Of a stretch of DNA of 64,000 bases, positions 46,240 to 61,267 are shown in pieces; position 1 is the first letter of the stretch; each line of letters opens with the position of its first letter. The notes beneath the pieces are model-generated. The model was not told where the DNA came from, did no database searches, and was given only the letters and a program-made list of their open reading frames with translations. Location: positions 31,310,001 through 31,374,000 of the forward strand of contig OZ024743.1 in NCBI GenBank assembly GCA_964016885.1, in the 5' to 3' direction. The DNA comes from Eledone cirrhosa. Taxonomy: Eukaryota. The position numbers and the translations under genes are program-made.

Positions 46240-48530
46240 TATTGATTATATCGAACATTAATAATAATGTTCGATTAGTTTGTAAACAAACTGTCCTATT
46301 TGAAGCTGTACCGTGCCGGTGACCTATCGTCACGTGTTTATTCAACACTGGCTTTGAGGAACACGTTGTATCTGCTACACCTATTCATTGACTTCACCAT
46401 TTCTCCCAAAGAATCTACGCAACGAACTTTTAGCCTCCCGTGTTTTCACCATCATTTCTGTAACTACATTAGCATTTACTGATAGTCATGTTTTAATATC
46501 TTCAATATTTCCACAAGCAGTCTTATCAATTGCATATTTCACACTTGATATCCTATCATTAATCATGGTTCGGTCTAATTTCCTTACATTAACCGGCTTT
46601 ATGATCTGTTATATTCATCTAATGCCTTGTGTCGAAGCCTATCTACTTGATTGTCATCAAAGATGTATAAATCAAAGTCATATTACTCTTGGATGCTCGC
46701 GCGGTCACTTGCGTAAACTATGAGAATTGGATCCTTCTGATTAGCTGAATGATTATACATTCAACTGAATTTGATCTCTTGTTATTTGTAATTCTTAATT
46801 GCTTTTTTTCTCTGCATTCCATAAATTTCTAAGTTGAGGTATACTTCCTTGTTGATAAACAATACTCAGTCTATAAACTGTTCACTGACATTAAGCACTC
46901 CATCTACATGTTTGACCGTTTTCTGGAATTTTCGCCTCCTTAGTTTACTTCATTATAACAGTCAATTACTAGCTTAATGACCTCTTTTCCATTTCCAAAT
47001 TGAGACAGCGTTACCAATGGTGGCCAGAGAATTTTAACAATATCATATGAGTAATGATTGGCATACCCAGAGTATGGGGATTTGAGACATATTCTCATAT
47101 GATACAACCACATAGTCTCTGTTACTATATCATGTGATGTGTGTCAGAAAATAAACTGGATTTGGTCGGGATCACTAAAATTATTTCAAATCCAAAATAT
47201 AAACTACAATATTTCTAATACACTTTCCCATCTTTCTCCTCCACGCGCCCATGTACTCATGGAAGGATTAACCCGGGATTCAACGTGGCTCCAGCGTCAA
47301 GACACGCTTGATGGCTTCCACGTCCGGAAAACGGGTCCGTTCGATGACCCTCATGACTCACCACCGATGACGACACAACCGAGCAGGTCTGGTACGATTT
47401 AAAGACTTTCGAGGATTTTCTACCACAATTGCAAAGGCTGCACCTTTTTGTCATCGATCGTACCCTCCGCACCAGATTCGGACAGATCTTCTGCATGTTC
47501 AAATAGTCGATCGCCACTCAACACATGTATCACGTCCTCAATGTTCTACTAGTAGAAGGCTTTCCGCTCCTGGGCTCGTCTTCAACGTCCTCGAGTCCAT
47601 TTTAAATCCTGCTTTACTACACAAAAACCCATGAAAGTGACATCCTCTCATCTCCGCTCACTTGCTGCAGTATTTCGAGTGCCTCTGACTGAGCTTTCCC
47701 GTACCAGACCAGAAGGATCAGGCTGATTGGTTCCTCTGTTTCCTTAGTTCGACCGCCTAAACCTCAGAAGCTGTCAAGAAAAACACGTGAAAATATCATA
47801 CAGTGGCTGCAGATACACTTATATTCTCCCCTGATATTTTGTCACACGGTGAGGAAACCACTTATGCTTATTCACCTCATATATCACACAGCTCACTAAG
47901 TCCTGTTACTTTGCTGACACACCTCGTATATTGATTATTTCATAACATCCTCTCCTATATCTAACTCACTAATGCATTAATTTCTTACTAACTTTTGGAA
48001 CCGAGATACTATGCATTAGGTTCTTCAACGCGTCTATATATTCTGTTCACTTCTTGTATTCTGATTCAGTTAATGCTTTTGTACATTTCCTGCCTTGTAC
48101 CTCTACTATCATAATTAATCATTTAGTTTTAGATTTGTGTTCTCTGATTCTTAGCTACTGTTACGCATTTTATTTCTATGATTATACTCTGTATACATGT
48201 TGTTTCAGCTATTGAGCATATAGGAGCCATTATTTCTAGTGATTTAGTATGCTATTCTGTTGATCAGTTATAAATTAGTTGACTTCGCTTTTCATATTTT
48301 GTTTTGTATCCTTAAAACTCTTTACGGTTTACGTTTCTTCTTCATGGTTGCTGGATCTTTGAGAAGGAAAACATTCATTTTTATTCGTTCATTATTGAGT
48401 GTTCTTTACTATATATTTTATAGCCCTATTGCGTATTTTATACTAGTTTTCTCGTTATATAAGGCTTGTCTCTCGCCGTTCAGGGAAATTATATTCACCC
48501 TGTATCAGCTTACGGGAAGAATATTTTAAA
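46240..48530 (-). mobile_element. Highly decayed RTE-like LINE fragments, interrupted by a mariner
   Basis: Broken minus-strand translation resembles an RTE ORF2 C-terminus (IIQLIRRIQFS..RK); many stops; weak call. Confidence 0.35.
47133..47928 (-). mobile_element. Internally deleted mariner-type DNA transposon
   Basis: TIR tacgaggtgtgtcagcaaagtaacaggact at 47899-47928 with a degenerate partner at 47133-47162; minus-strand remnant EALEILQQVSGDERMS..GLEDVEDEPRSGKPST (mariner HTH / GRP linker). Confidence 0.8.
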
Positions 48531-50682
48531 TGGTGTCTTTGTTTTTTGTTTGTTTATAAGGAAATAAATACTAATATCTCGTGTAGGTGTTTTATTACTT
48601 TTACACGCTACTTTTCGAAACGTTTATATCATTTATGTGAAATGAATATCTATTCCATTGTTTCATAAATATTTGTAAGTCATATCTTAGAGGGTGGGAG
48701 AACTATATTTCTGTATTTTTCCGACTACATTAATTTCTCTTCTTTAACGTCTGGAGTAACTTTCGTACTGGGATGTTAAATCGACCTCAGTATTGTGTTT
48801 AGCACAAGTGTTAATATCTCGGTTGATAATACCTTGCTGATTTTATTGATAGCGACGTATCAATACACAGTTTGACTCTGTAGAAATTGAGATGAAGACA
48901 TTAATAAATGAAAAGAGTTGGTATATCTATCAAAAAATCGATTTACATCAGATATCCCTGGATACAACAAAATCGTAGATAATCAAACAATGATGTATCC
49001 AAATATAGAATCCCGGTGTGGAAGGTATAAATGATGGTAATACTCGTGATCGTGATGCGAATAAGATGGATTAGAAGAGTAAATTAAGGACAGATGGAAA
49101 AGGTTGTTAAAGGTTCTGATATTCATGCTGCAGATGGGTGGAAAACATATGGCTGCTCCTGTTTTTAATTATTGTGATTAACATAGAGCCACATTATAGT
49201 ATTATTACACTAATTATACATAATCGTAAAGTAAAGGTGATATGTGTTTTTGACAAAGTTAACTGTTAATAAAGCAAAATTGCCAGAAACACTGTTATTC
49301 GAATATAGACGCAAGAGGGCTTGAAGGCTTTAGATTATTTATATAGACTTATTGTGACAGGTTGGATATTATAAAATTAAAAAGTGAGACAACTATCTAT
49401 GCCCTATAATCCGAGATTATTTTAAGCGTATCGCATCTCTACAAACAATTATGACATTCCGGCAATATATTTTCATCTTTCAACGCATCCTACTATATGC
49501 CTCAATAAAACTCTTTCTCTGTTCCCCTCTTATTCTCCCTATATTGGTGTCTGCACCAACATTTCCCATTCCGAAAATAATCACTGAATGTTATTGTGTT
49601 GAGGAAGATGATCATTCGTCACTAAAATCGCGATACTTTCCATTATTGAATCTTTAATAATTTTTCCACTAGTTTTTTCTCCGGCATGTACGAAGGACTT
49701 AATGTTTCTTTGATTTATTTCAACCATTCTCTGTATCAAATTCGCAAAACATATACTAGACATATTATTCAAACCTTACATCTTTGCAAAATTCGTTAAA
49801 TTACCACGCTTTGTGCTTCCGGGTCTGTGTGTCAAAGTCGATCGACAAATGACAAAGTTGAATACCATTTAAGCCAATCAGTAAGTATTGTATTCATTGC
49901 ATAGACTGTGGTTAGGCGTGGTAGCGTAGCCCTTTGAAATGTAGTTATACCGCTCACAAACCACAACGTAACCTTTCAGAACTTGAAAGGCATTAATTAC
50001 TAGGTTAAGGATATATGGGATGATTGAGATTTCTTTTATAAAGGTGTTTATTTTATCTCACATGATGTGGGACCAGAAGCACTAATCGTAATATTGTGAA
50101 TAACATAAGTGGAAACATTGCCTATTTCATTCAATAACGGTTTTTACATCCTGAATTTAAATAGAATGGCGGTCCAATTTAAAGTTAATTTGTACTAGCA
50201 GGGCAGAACCACTGCTAATAGTAAGACAATCAATGTAGAACGCTAGATCGAGCATGATTTTGCGTGGGTTACTATGGAATATGTCGTTGAAAATGCTGGT
50301 TTAATATATTTTTTAGTGTGGTCAAAGCAAGAATTATGAAAACAAGTAGTCTCAGCTTAATAAACAATGATTTAAAATTATTATATTTGCCTTAATTGGG
50401 TGCATATCTTCGAGAATATAGTTCACTATGTACAGCTAGCCAGTGGCGCTAAATATCTAGGCGTTGGTTCTGCTCTTGAGTATAACAACTGATGTCTATA
50501 TAATTGTTTCAACCGATAATGCAAACAACATTAGTAGAAAATATTATAACTATGGATATCATGGAATGACTTTGGAAGAAGAAAGTACAAACATGATACT
50601 CATGCAATACCATGGCATTTGGCTCGATAGGTAACGTATTTCTACCAATGAAAACACCACACCAGTAGTATGTAGCAATAAT

Positions 50683-50787
50683 GGAGGAGGGGAAAGTCGA
50701 TTAAATCGATCCCAGTGCGTGACTGGTACTTTATTTTATCGACCCCTTAAATATGAAAGGCAAAGTTAACCTCGGCGGGACTTGAAA
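50683..50787 (-). mobile_element. SINE fragment with 14-bp flanking duplication
   Basis: Same core as 56100-56175; tatgtagcaataat at 50669-50682 and 50788-50801. Confidence 0.8.
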
Positions 50788-52406
50788 TATGTAGCAATAA
50801 TAATGATATTAATGATATGTTTATAAACATTCATTTATGTTTAAAATTCATCTCATCATCACTTCTGAAGTTGTCATAATGTTCTCTTCCCATCCAATGC
50901 TGGGAAATTCAACAATACTCTGCCACACACATGGTATATGTGTTTACGGTCATAATCTCGAATATAGCGGTAACTTGACAGATTAATTTCAGGAATATAT
51001 AGAAGCTCGTTATATAGAGTGTAACTATGCATTGCACATTTAATTTCTCATCAGTTCTGAAAGCATCATTTAGTCTATTGGACAGAAGTATTCGTTAGTA
51101 TTCACAGTTTCCTTCTTCCCATCACTCTGAATTCTCTTTATTAGCCGAATAACTCTTCTACATTCTGAGATGATAGTCGATAATATCCACCGTCATCCAT
51201 CTTTATTACTGTTTTTATAGACCAGTTTCTAGGGTGTATGTGGAACTGCAACTTTCCATTTTGAAAATTAAAGAAAGGCGGAATGAAAGTGGGTAATCTG
51301 GCAGGAATTTGCAATACTCTGATATTTGAGACAACGTAGGGATCTAATTGTTATGTTTGAAAGACTTTGTAAACATTCGATCTTCATGTTCAAATGAATA
51401 AATATGAGAGGATCAGATCGGCAGGTTTGAAACTGAGACAATCATGGGAAGCTTGTGTACATTTTAGTGCTGTAGTTTGCTAGCAATTGTCCTATTAAAC
51501 ACATTTATTTACAAGATTTGCGAAAACATTCCATTCACTGCTGATATTACTCATATTACATATGTTTTTTGTAGCTATATATTGATTTCACTTTTCATTG
51601 TCATTGTATTAAGTACGTAAAATATAAAACGAATATTTGTGTATTTTATATTTAATATATAGATCCGCCACTCTTTGTCAACGTTGTTTTGTAAATACAG
51701 ATGTAACTATGACAGGATATTTCCCTTTATATAACGTGACATTTCCAATCCGAATTTTCAAAAGATTAAGAAAGCACTATCGAAAAAATGTTTCATATTA
51801 TATTTGATGTTAAAGAAATGTATGAAAAAAAGACATCCTTGTTACGGTGTTGGCATAGGATTCACATCCAACCATTTCAATTGTATCGTGGGATTGAATA
51901 TGTTTCTGTATACACTGACACCTCGTGTAAAGTAAAATATGCAAGTAAAATAAAAATAATAAAAGTAAATTAAAACCAGATGGAGTGTGAAAAAATATAT
52001 ATTGTTATATATATGTTGTTATTCCTTAACTAAAATTCATCTCACTTCACATAACATTACAACACAAATATTTCATTATATATATTACATAAATTGTGTT
52101 TATTTATACACAATGGAATACATATTGTTAGAATATAAAGATTTTTTTTTTCATATTTCATCTGAATTGGCTCTGCATTCCTTAACATCATACTAAAACA
52201 CATCATGATACTGTAAAATTACTACAAGAAAATTCGGATAAAACCGGTAAATTCTCTGGGTGTGAGCAATAAACATAACACAAAACGAAAATCATCGCCA
52301 GGTGAGGCTATTGAATTAGAGTTTGCTTGGGCGAATTCTGGCCGAATATTTTCAGTTATATATATATAATTTGTGTGCATGTGTGTCTGTCTCACTCTGC
52401 TCATAT

Positions 52407-52475
<69 letters not shown>

Positions 52476-52516
52476 GTATATATATATATATAATATATGT
52501 ATATATATATATATAA

Positions 52517-52626
<110 letters not shown>

Positions 52627-53293
52627 GTATATATATATAATATATGTATATATATATATGATTCGAGTATAAAAACACGTTATCAAAATCAATCGTTGAG
52701 TTATATTTGCTTACTAGCTTTCGTTCTTTGTATAACTGAATGGTGGTAGGTTGGCCAGTAGAAATACCACATTCATACACCCAACATTGTATTTCAGATC
52801 ATTTTTAATAATAGAATTATACCTTTCGATATGAAATGGTGGTTGGATCTCTCAACTATCTATCACTCTTGGCTGCTTGTATAGTGACCTGTCAGGTATT
52901 GCATTCGGGTATTATAGGCTTTTATTACAGAAACAGAGGTTCGGAGTGCACTGACACTGTTATTTGGAGTTTCTGGATAGTGCGTCCAATATTTTATACC
53001 AAGTAACATTCCATACACACTCTGGCATCGTTGTTGGGGCTCTTAAGATGTGCGCAGAAATCTTTGGTGTCACCGTGTCAGATCTTGTACAGTTACCTCG
53101 CCAGAGCGTGTACGGATAATTCTACTCGATGAAACGTGGCGGTTTTCGATGTCACGTTCAAACATTTGCTTTGCCTGTATTCATTTGTAATGTGTTGGTA
53201 GGCTATCTTTCAGTAAGAGATGCCAGTTAGTTATTTTCACAGTGGACTCTTTCTAAATGATTTGTGATGTAGTAATACTTGTAGAAGATAATT

Positions 53294-53336
<43 letters not shown>

Positions 53337-53340
53337 ACAA

Positions 53341-53467
53341 AGAATGGTGGTTAGGAACCAGATGGACCATAACGTACTAGTGTACACAATACTTAGCGTA
53401 GTAGAGTGGGAAATAGCAAATAGCCGTCGAAACGGCTTGAGCTCTGCCGTCGGCGTCATACTGTTTC
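53341..53467. mobile_element. Rearranged remnant of the family D module (half HHR)
   Basis: 53341-53418 resembles the reverse complement of 14496-14570; 53421-53465 resembles 14449-14493 and keeps GAAACGGC..GCCGTC. Confidence 0.75.
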
Positions 53468-53503
<36 letters not shown>

Positions 53504-53521
53504 TATATATATATATAATAT

Positions 53522-53552
<31 letters not shown>

Positions 53553-53891
53553 ATATTTATATATATATATATATGTATATGTATATAAATATATATATAT
53601 ATAATATATATATATATATGTATGTATATATTTATATATATGTATATATGTATATATATATATATATGTATGTATATATATATGTGTGTGTGTATATGTA
53701 TATATATATATATATACACACACACATATATATACACATATATATATATATATATATACATACATATATATGTACAAACAAACACAGACATACATAATTA
53801 CACACACACACACAAACATATATATGAATATATATATATATATGTGTGTGTGTGTGGGGGGGTATATATATATGTATACCCCCCCCCCCCC

Positions 53892-53938
<47 letters not shown>

Positions 53939-54032
53939 ATAATAATAAATTTGAAGACCAAAATCTAAAGAAGATCCCGTTCAGGGTGAAAGCAGCGAAT
54001 ATTTGCTTAAACTTTAATCTGTTATTTTAATA

Positions 54033-54090
<58 letters not shown>

Positions 54091-54334
54091 TTCATATATA
54101 CATTACAAAGAAATACACAGACACATACGAATACATACATATACATGCATATACCCACATATATCCCTGAAATTGTGTGGTGCCAACCTTAACCGTTGTT
54201 GCTCTATGAATAATAGGGACAACATTATCTGGATGGATTAGATTGATTCAATATCAGAGCTATATAATACATTATAATGAAAGAAGAAACATTAGATATA
54301 AATAAAAAGATATAATATACCTAAATTCCTAAAT

Positions 54335-54430
54335 TATCCTCGACTACGTAGTTTCGTGGCTATTATTCAAAAACATTACATCATAGAGATGCAGTATTTT
54401 TGTGAGGTTTGCCGAATTATCAAGAGGATA
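54335..54430 (-). ncRNA. HHR family L copy
   Basis: Inverted copy of 55070-55166. Confidence 0.78.
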
Positions 54431-55069
54431 CCTCATATAGAGTTACAAAACACGTCCGTAGGACGCGAGATAGGATCCCGAAAGGCGGAGGGGGAACTTA
54501 TCACGTGATACAGCGCTCAAGAAACAGAGCTAAGCCTCTTACAACGAAGAGAAAAATACCACAAAAAACTGAAGGGGTATTTATGTTAAGGCCGTAGAAG
54601 CGTTGGCTAGGAGGGCGAGAAGTGTGATTAGTGTAAGCTTTAGAGCAGTCATTATACTTCAGTGGTTACTCTACCGTAGGGAGTTATATACAATACAATA
54701 AAATACACAGGCACATGCGAATACATACATATACATGCACCACATAAATTCAGCGATATATGTGGGTATATGCATGTGTATGTATGTAATCGCATATGTC
54801 TGTGTATTTCTTTGTATTGTATATAACTCCCTACGGTAGAGTAACCACTGAAGTGTAGTGACTGCTGTTAAGATTACACTAATCAAACTTCTCACACTCC
54901 AAGTCAACGCTTCTACGGCCTTAACATAAATACCCCCTTCTGCATTTTGTGGTATTTTTATATTGGCTTAGCTCTGTTTCTTGACCGCTGTATCACGTGA
55001 TAAGTTCCCCCTCCGATTTCGGGATTCTATCTCGCGTCCTATGGACGTGTTTTCAAACTCTAAATGAGG

Positions 55070-55166
55070 TATCCTCTTGATAAGTCGGCAAACCTCACAA
55101 AAGTACTGCATCTCTATGATGTAATGTTTTTTGCATAATAGCCACGAAACTACGTAGTCGAGGATA
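55070..55166 (+). ncRNA. Type-I HHR family L (U3-A8 core)
   Basis: TATCCTC-TTGATAA-GTcGGC..GCCAC-GAAAC TACGTA GTC-GAGGATA; 7-bp stem I; palindrome ACTACGTAGT. Confidence 0.83.
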
Positions 55167-55658
55167 ATTTAGGAATTTAGGTATATTATATCTTTTTTTT
55201 TATATCTAATATTTCTTCTTTCTTTATAATGTATTATATAGCTCTGATATTGAATCAATCTAATCCATCCAGATTATTTTGTCCCTATTATTCATAGAGC
55301 AACAACGGTAAGGTTGGCACCACACAAATTCAGAGATATATGTGGGTATATGCATGTATATGTATGTATTCGCATGTGTCTGTGTATTTCTTTGTATTGT
55401 ATATAACTCCCTACGGTAGAGTAACTACCGAAGTGTAGTGACTGCTGTTAAGCTTACACTAATCACACTTCTCGTTCTCCTAGCCAACTCTTCTACGGCC
55501 TTAACATAAATACCCCCTCCGCCTTTTGTGGTATTTTTCTCTTGATTGTAAGAGGCTTAGCTCTGTTTCTTGACCAGTGTATCACTTGATAAGTTCCCCC
55601 TCCGCTTTTTGGATTCGATCTCGCGTCCTACGGACGTGTTTTGAAACTCTAAATGAGG

Positions 55659-55754
55659 TATCCTCTTGATAAGTCGGCAAACCTCACAGAAATACTGCAT
55701 TTCTATGATGTAATGTTTTTGCATAATAGTCACGAAACTACGTAGTCGAGGATA
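55659..55754 (+). ncRNA. HHR family L copy
   Basis: Same motif; cleavage site 588 nt from the previous one. Confidence 0.83.
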
Positions 55755-55835
55755 ATGAAGGAATTTAGGTATATTATATCTTTTTTATTTATATCTAATG
55801 TTTCTTCTTTCTTTACAATGTATTATATTCATATA

Positions 55836-55883
<48 letters not shown>

Positions 55884-56025
55884 TATGTATAACGGATGGG
55901 GGGGGGGGTTATATATTCCTGTGTTTGTTTGTACATATATATGTATGTATATATTTTAGAGAAACTGAGAAGCATTTTTTTACTACATTCCCATGCTTGA
56001 AAATAAATCATTATTATCAAAAACC

Positions 56026-56211
56026 AAGCATGTGGATTGGCAGTATCGGTAGAGGGTCGGACGCCATGCTTTCCAGCATAGTTACGTCCCTTTACGATCT
56101 GAGTTCAAATCCCGCCGAGGTTGACTTTGCCTTTCATCCTTACGGGGTCGATAACATAAAGTACCAGTAATGCACTGGATAATTGCTGGCCTTGTGCCTA
56201 AAGTAGAAACA
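56026..56211 (+). mobile_element. tRNA-type SINE, apparently full length, with 16-bp TSD
   Basis: A-box-like TGGCAGTATCGG (56038); B-box GAGTTCAAATCC (56101); attattatcaaaaacc at 56010-56025 and 56212-56227. Confidence 0.85.
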
Positions 56212-57420
56212 ATTATTATCAAAAACCGTGGAATATATCTTGAAGTAAGTAATGCCGATATCGAATATTGTTTACTGATATTTTGATTTCTATCATGCAT
56301 GCTCACTTAAGCCGTCTGACATATGTAGTATACGTAGTTCAAGTCATCGTTCAATTAGAACGAATCTGTCGCGTCATAAATAAGTTGAATTGCTCCATTT
56401 TACTGAAGCGAAAACCAGTTAAGATTTTTTTCAAATACGCTGGACGCAAGATATTCGATCGTCATGTCATTGGTGATTTAGGGTTCCTTGAGCAGAACTT
56501 TGAAAGCTGTTATTTGACTTTATCCTATATTTAGACAGCAAACATTTTGTTTTATTGTATATCCTCAGAAAGAAATAGATAATAGAATATTTGTCTGCAC
56601 TAAAGGCCAATCCTTTGTATTTGGATAGTAGATGTATGTGAATTAGACATTAACTTCTGAAGTAATAAAATTCCGCGAAATAAGTAATAAATTGGAAATT
56701 CAGATATTTACTTTAGAGTGGTTGTTCTTATAAGAGTTGTATATTATCAACACACATAGACTGTAGTTGGATGTGTGTTTTAGGTATGTGCGTATAAAGG
56801 TATCTTTGCCGTCATGAGGTTAGCTGCCAATAACAGGAATGTAATATAAGAATCGAAGAGCAATATCTTACAGCTTAATGTGAAGACGAGGTGCCACCCA
56901 CAAGCAAGCAATTAGAAATAAATTATTTGGTAGCAGCAAGCGGTGGGGAAATGTCGATGGTGTGAGCGTATGCATTAGTAATATTTTTTTTTTCTGTAAT
57001 ATATATATTAATAAAGCCCCTTAGAATTTAAAGCCCAATTCTCTCTATTTTGACTAGATACATTCACTAATTTGCACGTTGGTATGTTCATACGAATGTA
57101 ACTTATTACTTCCACATTTTAAATCTGTTGAAATACACCGTGTATTTTTAGTTTATATTAAAAATAATTATATGTAGTTATGAGCGAATGGTGTATTATT
57201 TTCCCCATTCTACAAACCACCAATCTATCGGGCAATCCAAAAGGAATATCTCTTAAAGATAATAATTGACGAAATTTTGATTCATCATTCAATCTGTTTC
57301 AATCCCATTGTGTATATCATGCGTTACGTAAGGTTCGAGTTGATTATGCCTCTTTCCATTCATATGTCATGAAATTTGCTTGGACATGATATATCCCTCG
57401 TAATGAAGAGAAGAAATTAA

Positions 57421-57522
57421 ATACTTCTTTCTACTTTTGGCACAAGGCCATCAATTACCCAGTGCATTATTGGTACTTTATTTTATCGACCCCGTAAGGA
57501 TGAAAGGCAAAGTAACCCCGGC
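57421..57522 (-). mobile_element. 5'-truncated SINE with 13-bp TSD
   Basis: gagaagaaattaa at 57408-57420 and 57523-57535. Confidence 0.82.
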
Positions 57523-57607
57523 GAGAAGAAATTAAGTTGATCTTTTTTTATACCGCTGAATAGACCTACATTTTAAAGGCTTTGATTGTACATAGGCTCG
57601 ATCAAAT

Positions 57608-58190
57608 TTCTTCTTCTTCTTCTTCTTCTTCTTCTTCTTCTTCTTCTTCTTCTTCTTCTTCTTCTTCTTCGACATTTTATTCCCGCGAGGCTTGTGACGG
57701 AAAAGTCCTCAAACACTCCTTCCAGTGAGTTCTGTCAGAAGTAACCGTCTCCAACTATTCTAGATGGACACTCAAGCGGAACCAGACAATTTCATTGATG
57801 TTATCCAACCTTCTTATTCGAGATCTACCCCAGGGTCTACTGCTGGTTGGTTTTGCCCGTAAAAACTGTCCAGCGATTCTGTCTTGATACATTCTAACTC
57901 CCTGGCCATAGTATCGTCATTTAGAGGACATGTGTGACAGTTTTCGCTGCACTGATTTTTATTCCTACCATACAGACCACGGCATCAGACCTATCAATGG
58001 ATGTTCGTGTTAAGAGTGAGGCTGAACTCTGAACTGATCACCATCTAGGTATCTACAACTTCAGACTACCTAAAGACAAAGAATCCCACAAAACTGCCCG
58101 GTACACAGCGACCTACAGGTTAACGTTGGAAGCTTTGTGGAATAGTTATTTCGGGACCTGGTAAGCAGATACTATTGCATCCAAATTCAG
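57608..58190 (-). mobile_element. RTE LINE 3' end with (GAA)n tail and inverted endonuclease fragment
   Basis: Minus 57671-57922 RYYGQGVRM..RPWGRSRIRRLDNI; plus 57997-58070 DVRVKSEAEL*TDHHL. Confidence 0.7.
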
Positions 58191-60680
58191 ATAACTACAT
58201 GATCAAATTAAAAGTTTCTAACCGATGCATATATTTGTGAACTAATTTATCTCCAGTTTAGCTGATATTTGTTTTTACGGATTTTCTTCTGCCAAATAAA
58301 TTAAAATCTTCACATATTTATTTTTTCTCTCATCTCAGCTGAGAATCGATAAAACATTTGAACTGCACTATTGAAAAATGTATGAAAAATGAATGAAAAA
58401 AACGGTAAATTCGCATTTATCAATCCAATATCGACTTTACTCGGATAAATGAATGCATGAAGGACTTTTGCATAGCCGGATGTAAGGTTTCCTTCATCAA
58501 ATCCATGATGAAAGGCACATGAACGAGTTCTGCGTAACAAGTAAATAGTAAAAGCTGTTTTCCTGTAGCAAACTGCCATTCTACGATTTACGAACTGACG
58601 CTTAATCTAACCTTTCTGTATATTGTATCACGTTTTGTAGTGAAATGTGATCTCGGTAAAATATTGAAAACATGAACAAACAAATGTGAGTAAATTCTGC
58701 TACACTATCTGTAGCACATTTCACAAAGATAGGTAATCTATAATATCTCATAACATTATAGGAAGTAATTTCTGTTGGAGAAGACAATTCAATTTATATT
58801 TAATGCAAAGCCGTTATAATAAAATAGGTTTCGTACAAAATGCTAATACAAGTGTAATATGTATCATAATATTAAACCACCCGATTGACAAGTCCTGTAT
58901 CTAAAATAGTGATATATGCACAGGACATGAATTTGAATTTATTTTGCAACAAAGTTGTAAAGGTTTGGTATAGTTTATGGATCAATGCGGTCATAAACTA
59001 TACACATATGACTATTATTTCTGGGAAATGCTATGTATTATCACAGGCGAATAGGGATTGATTATAAATTAAATAGATGTGTTTTAAATAACAAGAATAA
59101 TAATTATATACAATGTTCTTTACTGCGGAAGACTTGAATGGAAAAGAAACGATTGCTATTCCCGAAAGCACCATCGACATGCAATAAGAGTGTGGGGAAT
59201 AATCCGAATGCAGCCTATTCTGGTCAATCATAGATAGCTCGGCATTCAATAAAGGAAAAATGATTCAATTGATAGACGAAGGGTGCAAAGAGTTAACTAG
59301 CACACTTTACTTCTACAGTTAATTCGAAATATATGCAACCATCTTGATTATTGGTTTTCCGAACTGCTATTTAAACAGTTGTACGTCATTTTACAATGCC
59401 GGATATAGAAAGACAATATTAATTTCCATGTCCATCTGACATAATCAATGAAATATAATTATCCTTGGTTTTACTCTAATATAATTAATATTTGTGATAA
59501 TAACGTTGCGGAAAAGTGAAAAGAAGCTTTCACTACCAGAAATGATTCCATGTTCCTTATGTTGTAACATATAACATGCAATATGTGATCGGATCTTTAT
59601 TCCAGGACAACTTCTATGTATATATGTGTTAATTTAACAAGTCGGAACTTCAAATACCTGATCCAATATTGTGAAGTTAATTTTGTATCACCTTTCACAT
59701 TCTGCAATTATTGAATAACTTATGTACAGATCAAACGGTTTATAGATGTCCAACTGTTAAAGATTGAACTGTCTTCTACTGTTTACAAAAGGAAGAGGAA
59801 CTTAGAAATTATATAGATATTCCCAGTATATATGGAGCGTAAGAAGACAGTGCCTAGGTGAATAATTTCAATTCCACCGACAGCTAAATGTAGAGTAACT
59901 CACATGATATTGAAGAAATTGTTCTATGAAACTTACGAAAATCGTACAACGAAAATAATAAATTAGAATTTAACCAGTTTTAAACTAGTAAGATCAATAT
60001 TCAGCACAGTACATGATACTTTGGATAGTAGAATGTGACTATATAACAAAAAGCCGACATCCGACAGGGGAGCTTTTGCCGCTTTGACAATTAATACCAG
60101 TGTGGACTCAGCTGTCGAAACGAAAAGAGACTGATTCCTTTAACATATACATATATATATACAAATAAAATACAGCGTTACTAACTCATATTGATACCCT
60201 GCAATTAATAAGCTCAAAGTATAAATATTGAGCATTATATAATAATATATGTAGAAATAATCACAGTAAATTGTGTCTAAAATTACGAGGGTAGAAATAC
60301 CACATTGGTTTGAAAGATTTAACCTGATGCATACGTAAGATGTATAATAAATATATACAGACCGTATCAATAACTAGTTCATCTCTCTGACAGATTAGAG
60401 ATTTAATCTGTTTCACCCTGAAAATTGGATTTGTGACAGATAATCCGTAGGCTTTCCTCAGCGAGAGATAAAATCAAATGGAACAAAAACATGTAACTAC
60501 AATCCACACGAATGAATATATCACCTGGTGCGTTGGACGTTAGAAGTGGTGTGAGTGGATATGCTAGAAATGATAGCCTTATATATATATACTAATCTCC
60601 AAAATGTTTTCATATGAGAAATTATGTTTCGTACGTTGGCTTTTATTAGATTTAAAGGCAACACATACACACACACATAG

Positions 60681-60833
<153 letters not shown>

Positions 60834-60844
60834 TATATGTATAT

Positions 60845-60999
<155 letters not shown>

Positions 61000-61000
61000 C

Positions 61001-61031
<31 letters not shown>

Positions 61032-61056
61032 CATACATATATATATATGTATATAC

Positions 61057-61189
<133 letters not shown>

Positions 61190-61267
61190 CATATATATAT
61201 ATATATATACATATGTATATATATATATATACATATATAGGTTTATATATGTATATATACATATATA

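Larger units (their letters stand above)
54101..55827. mobile_element. Retrozyme-like family L: one inverted unit plus ~1.9 tandem units (~588 nt)
   Basis: 54101-54738 (-), then 54740-55319 and 55320-55827 (+); diverged but clearly homologous; TA flanks. Confidence 0.88.

Noticed and set aside
58290-60130. Possible host exons or decayed gene
   Set aside because: Only short ORFs, with no motif or convincing splice pattern that I can recognise.
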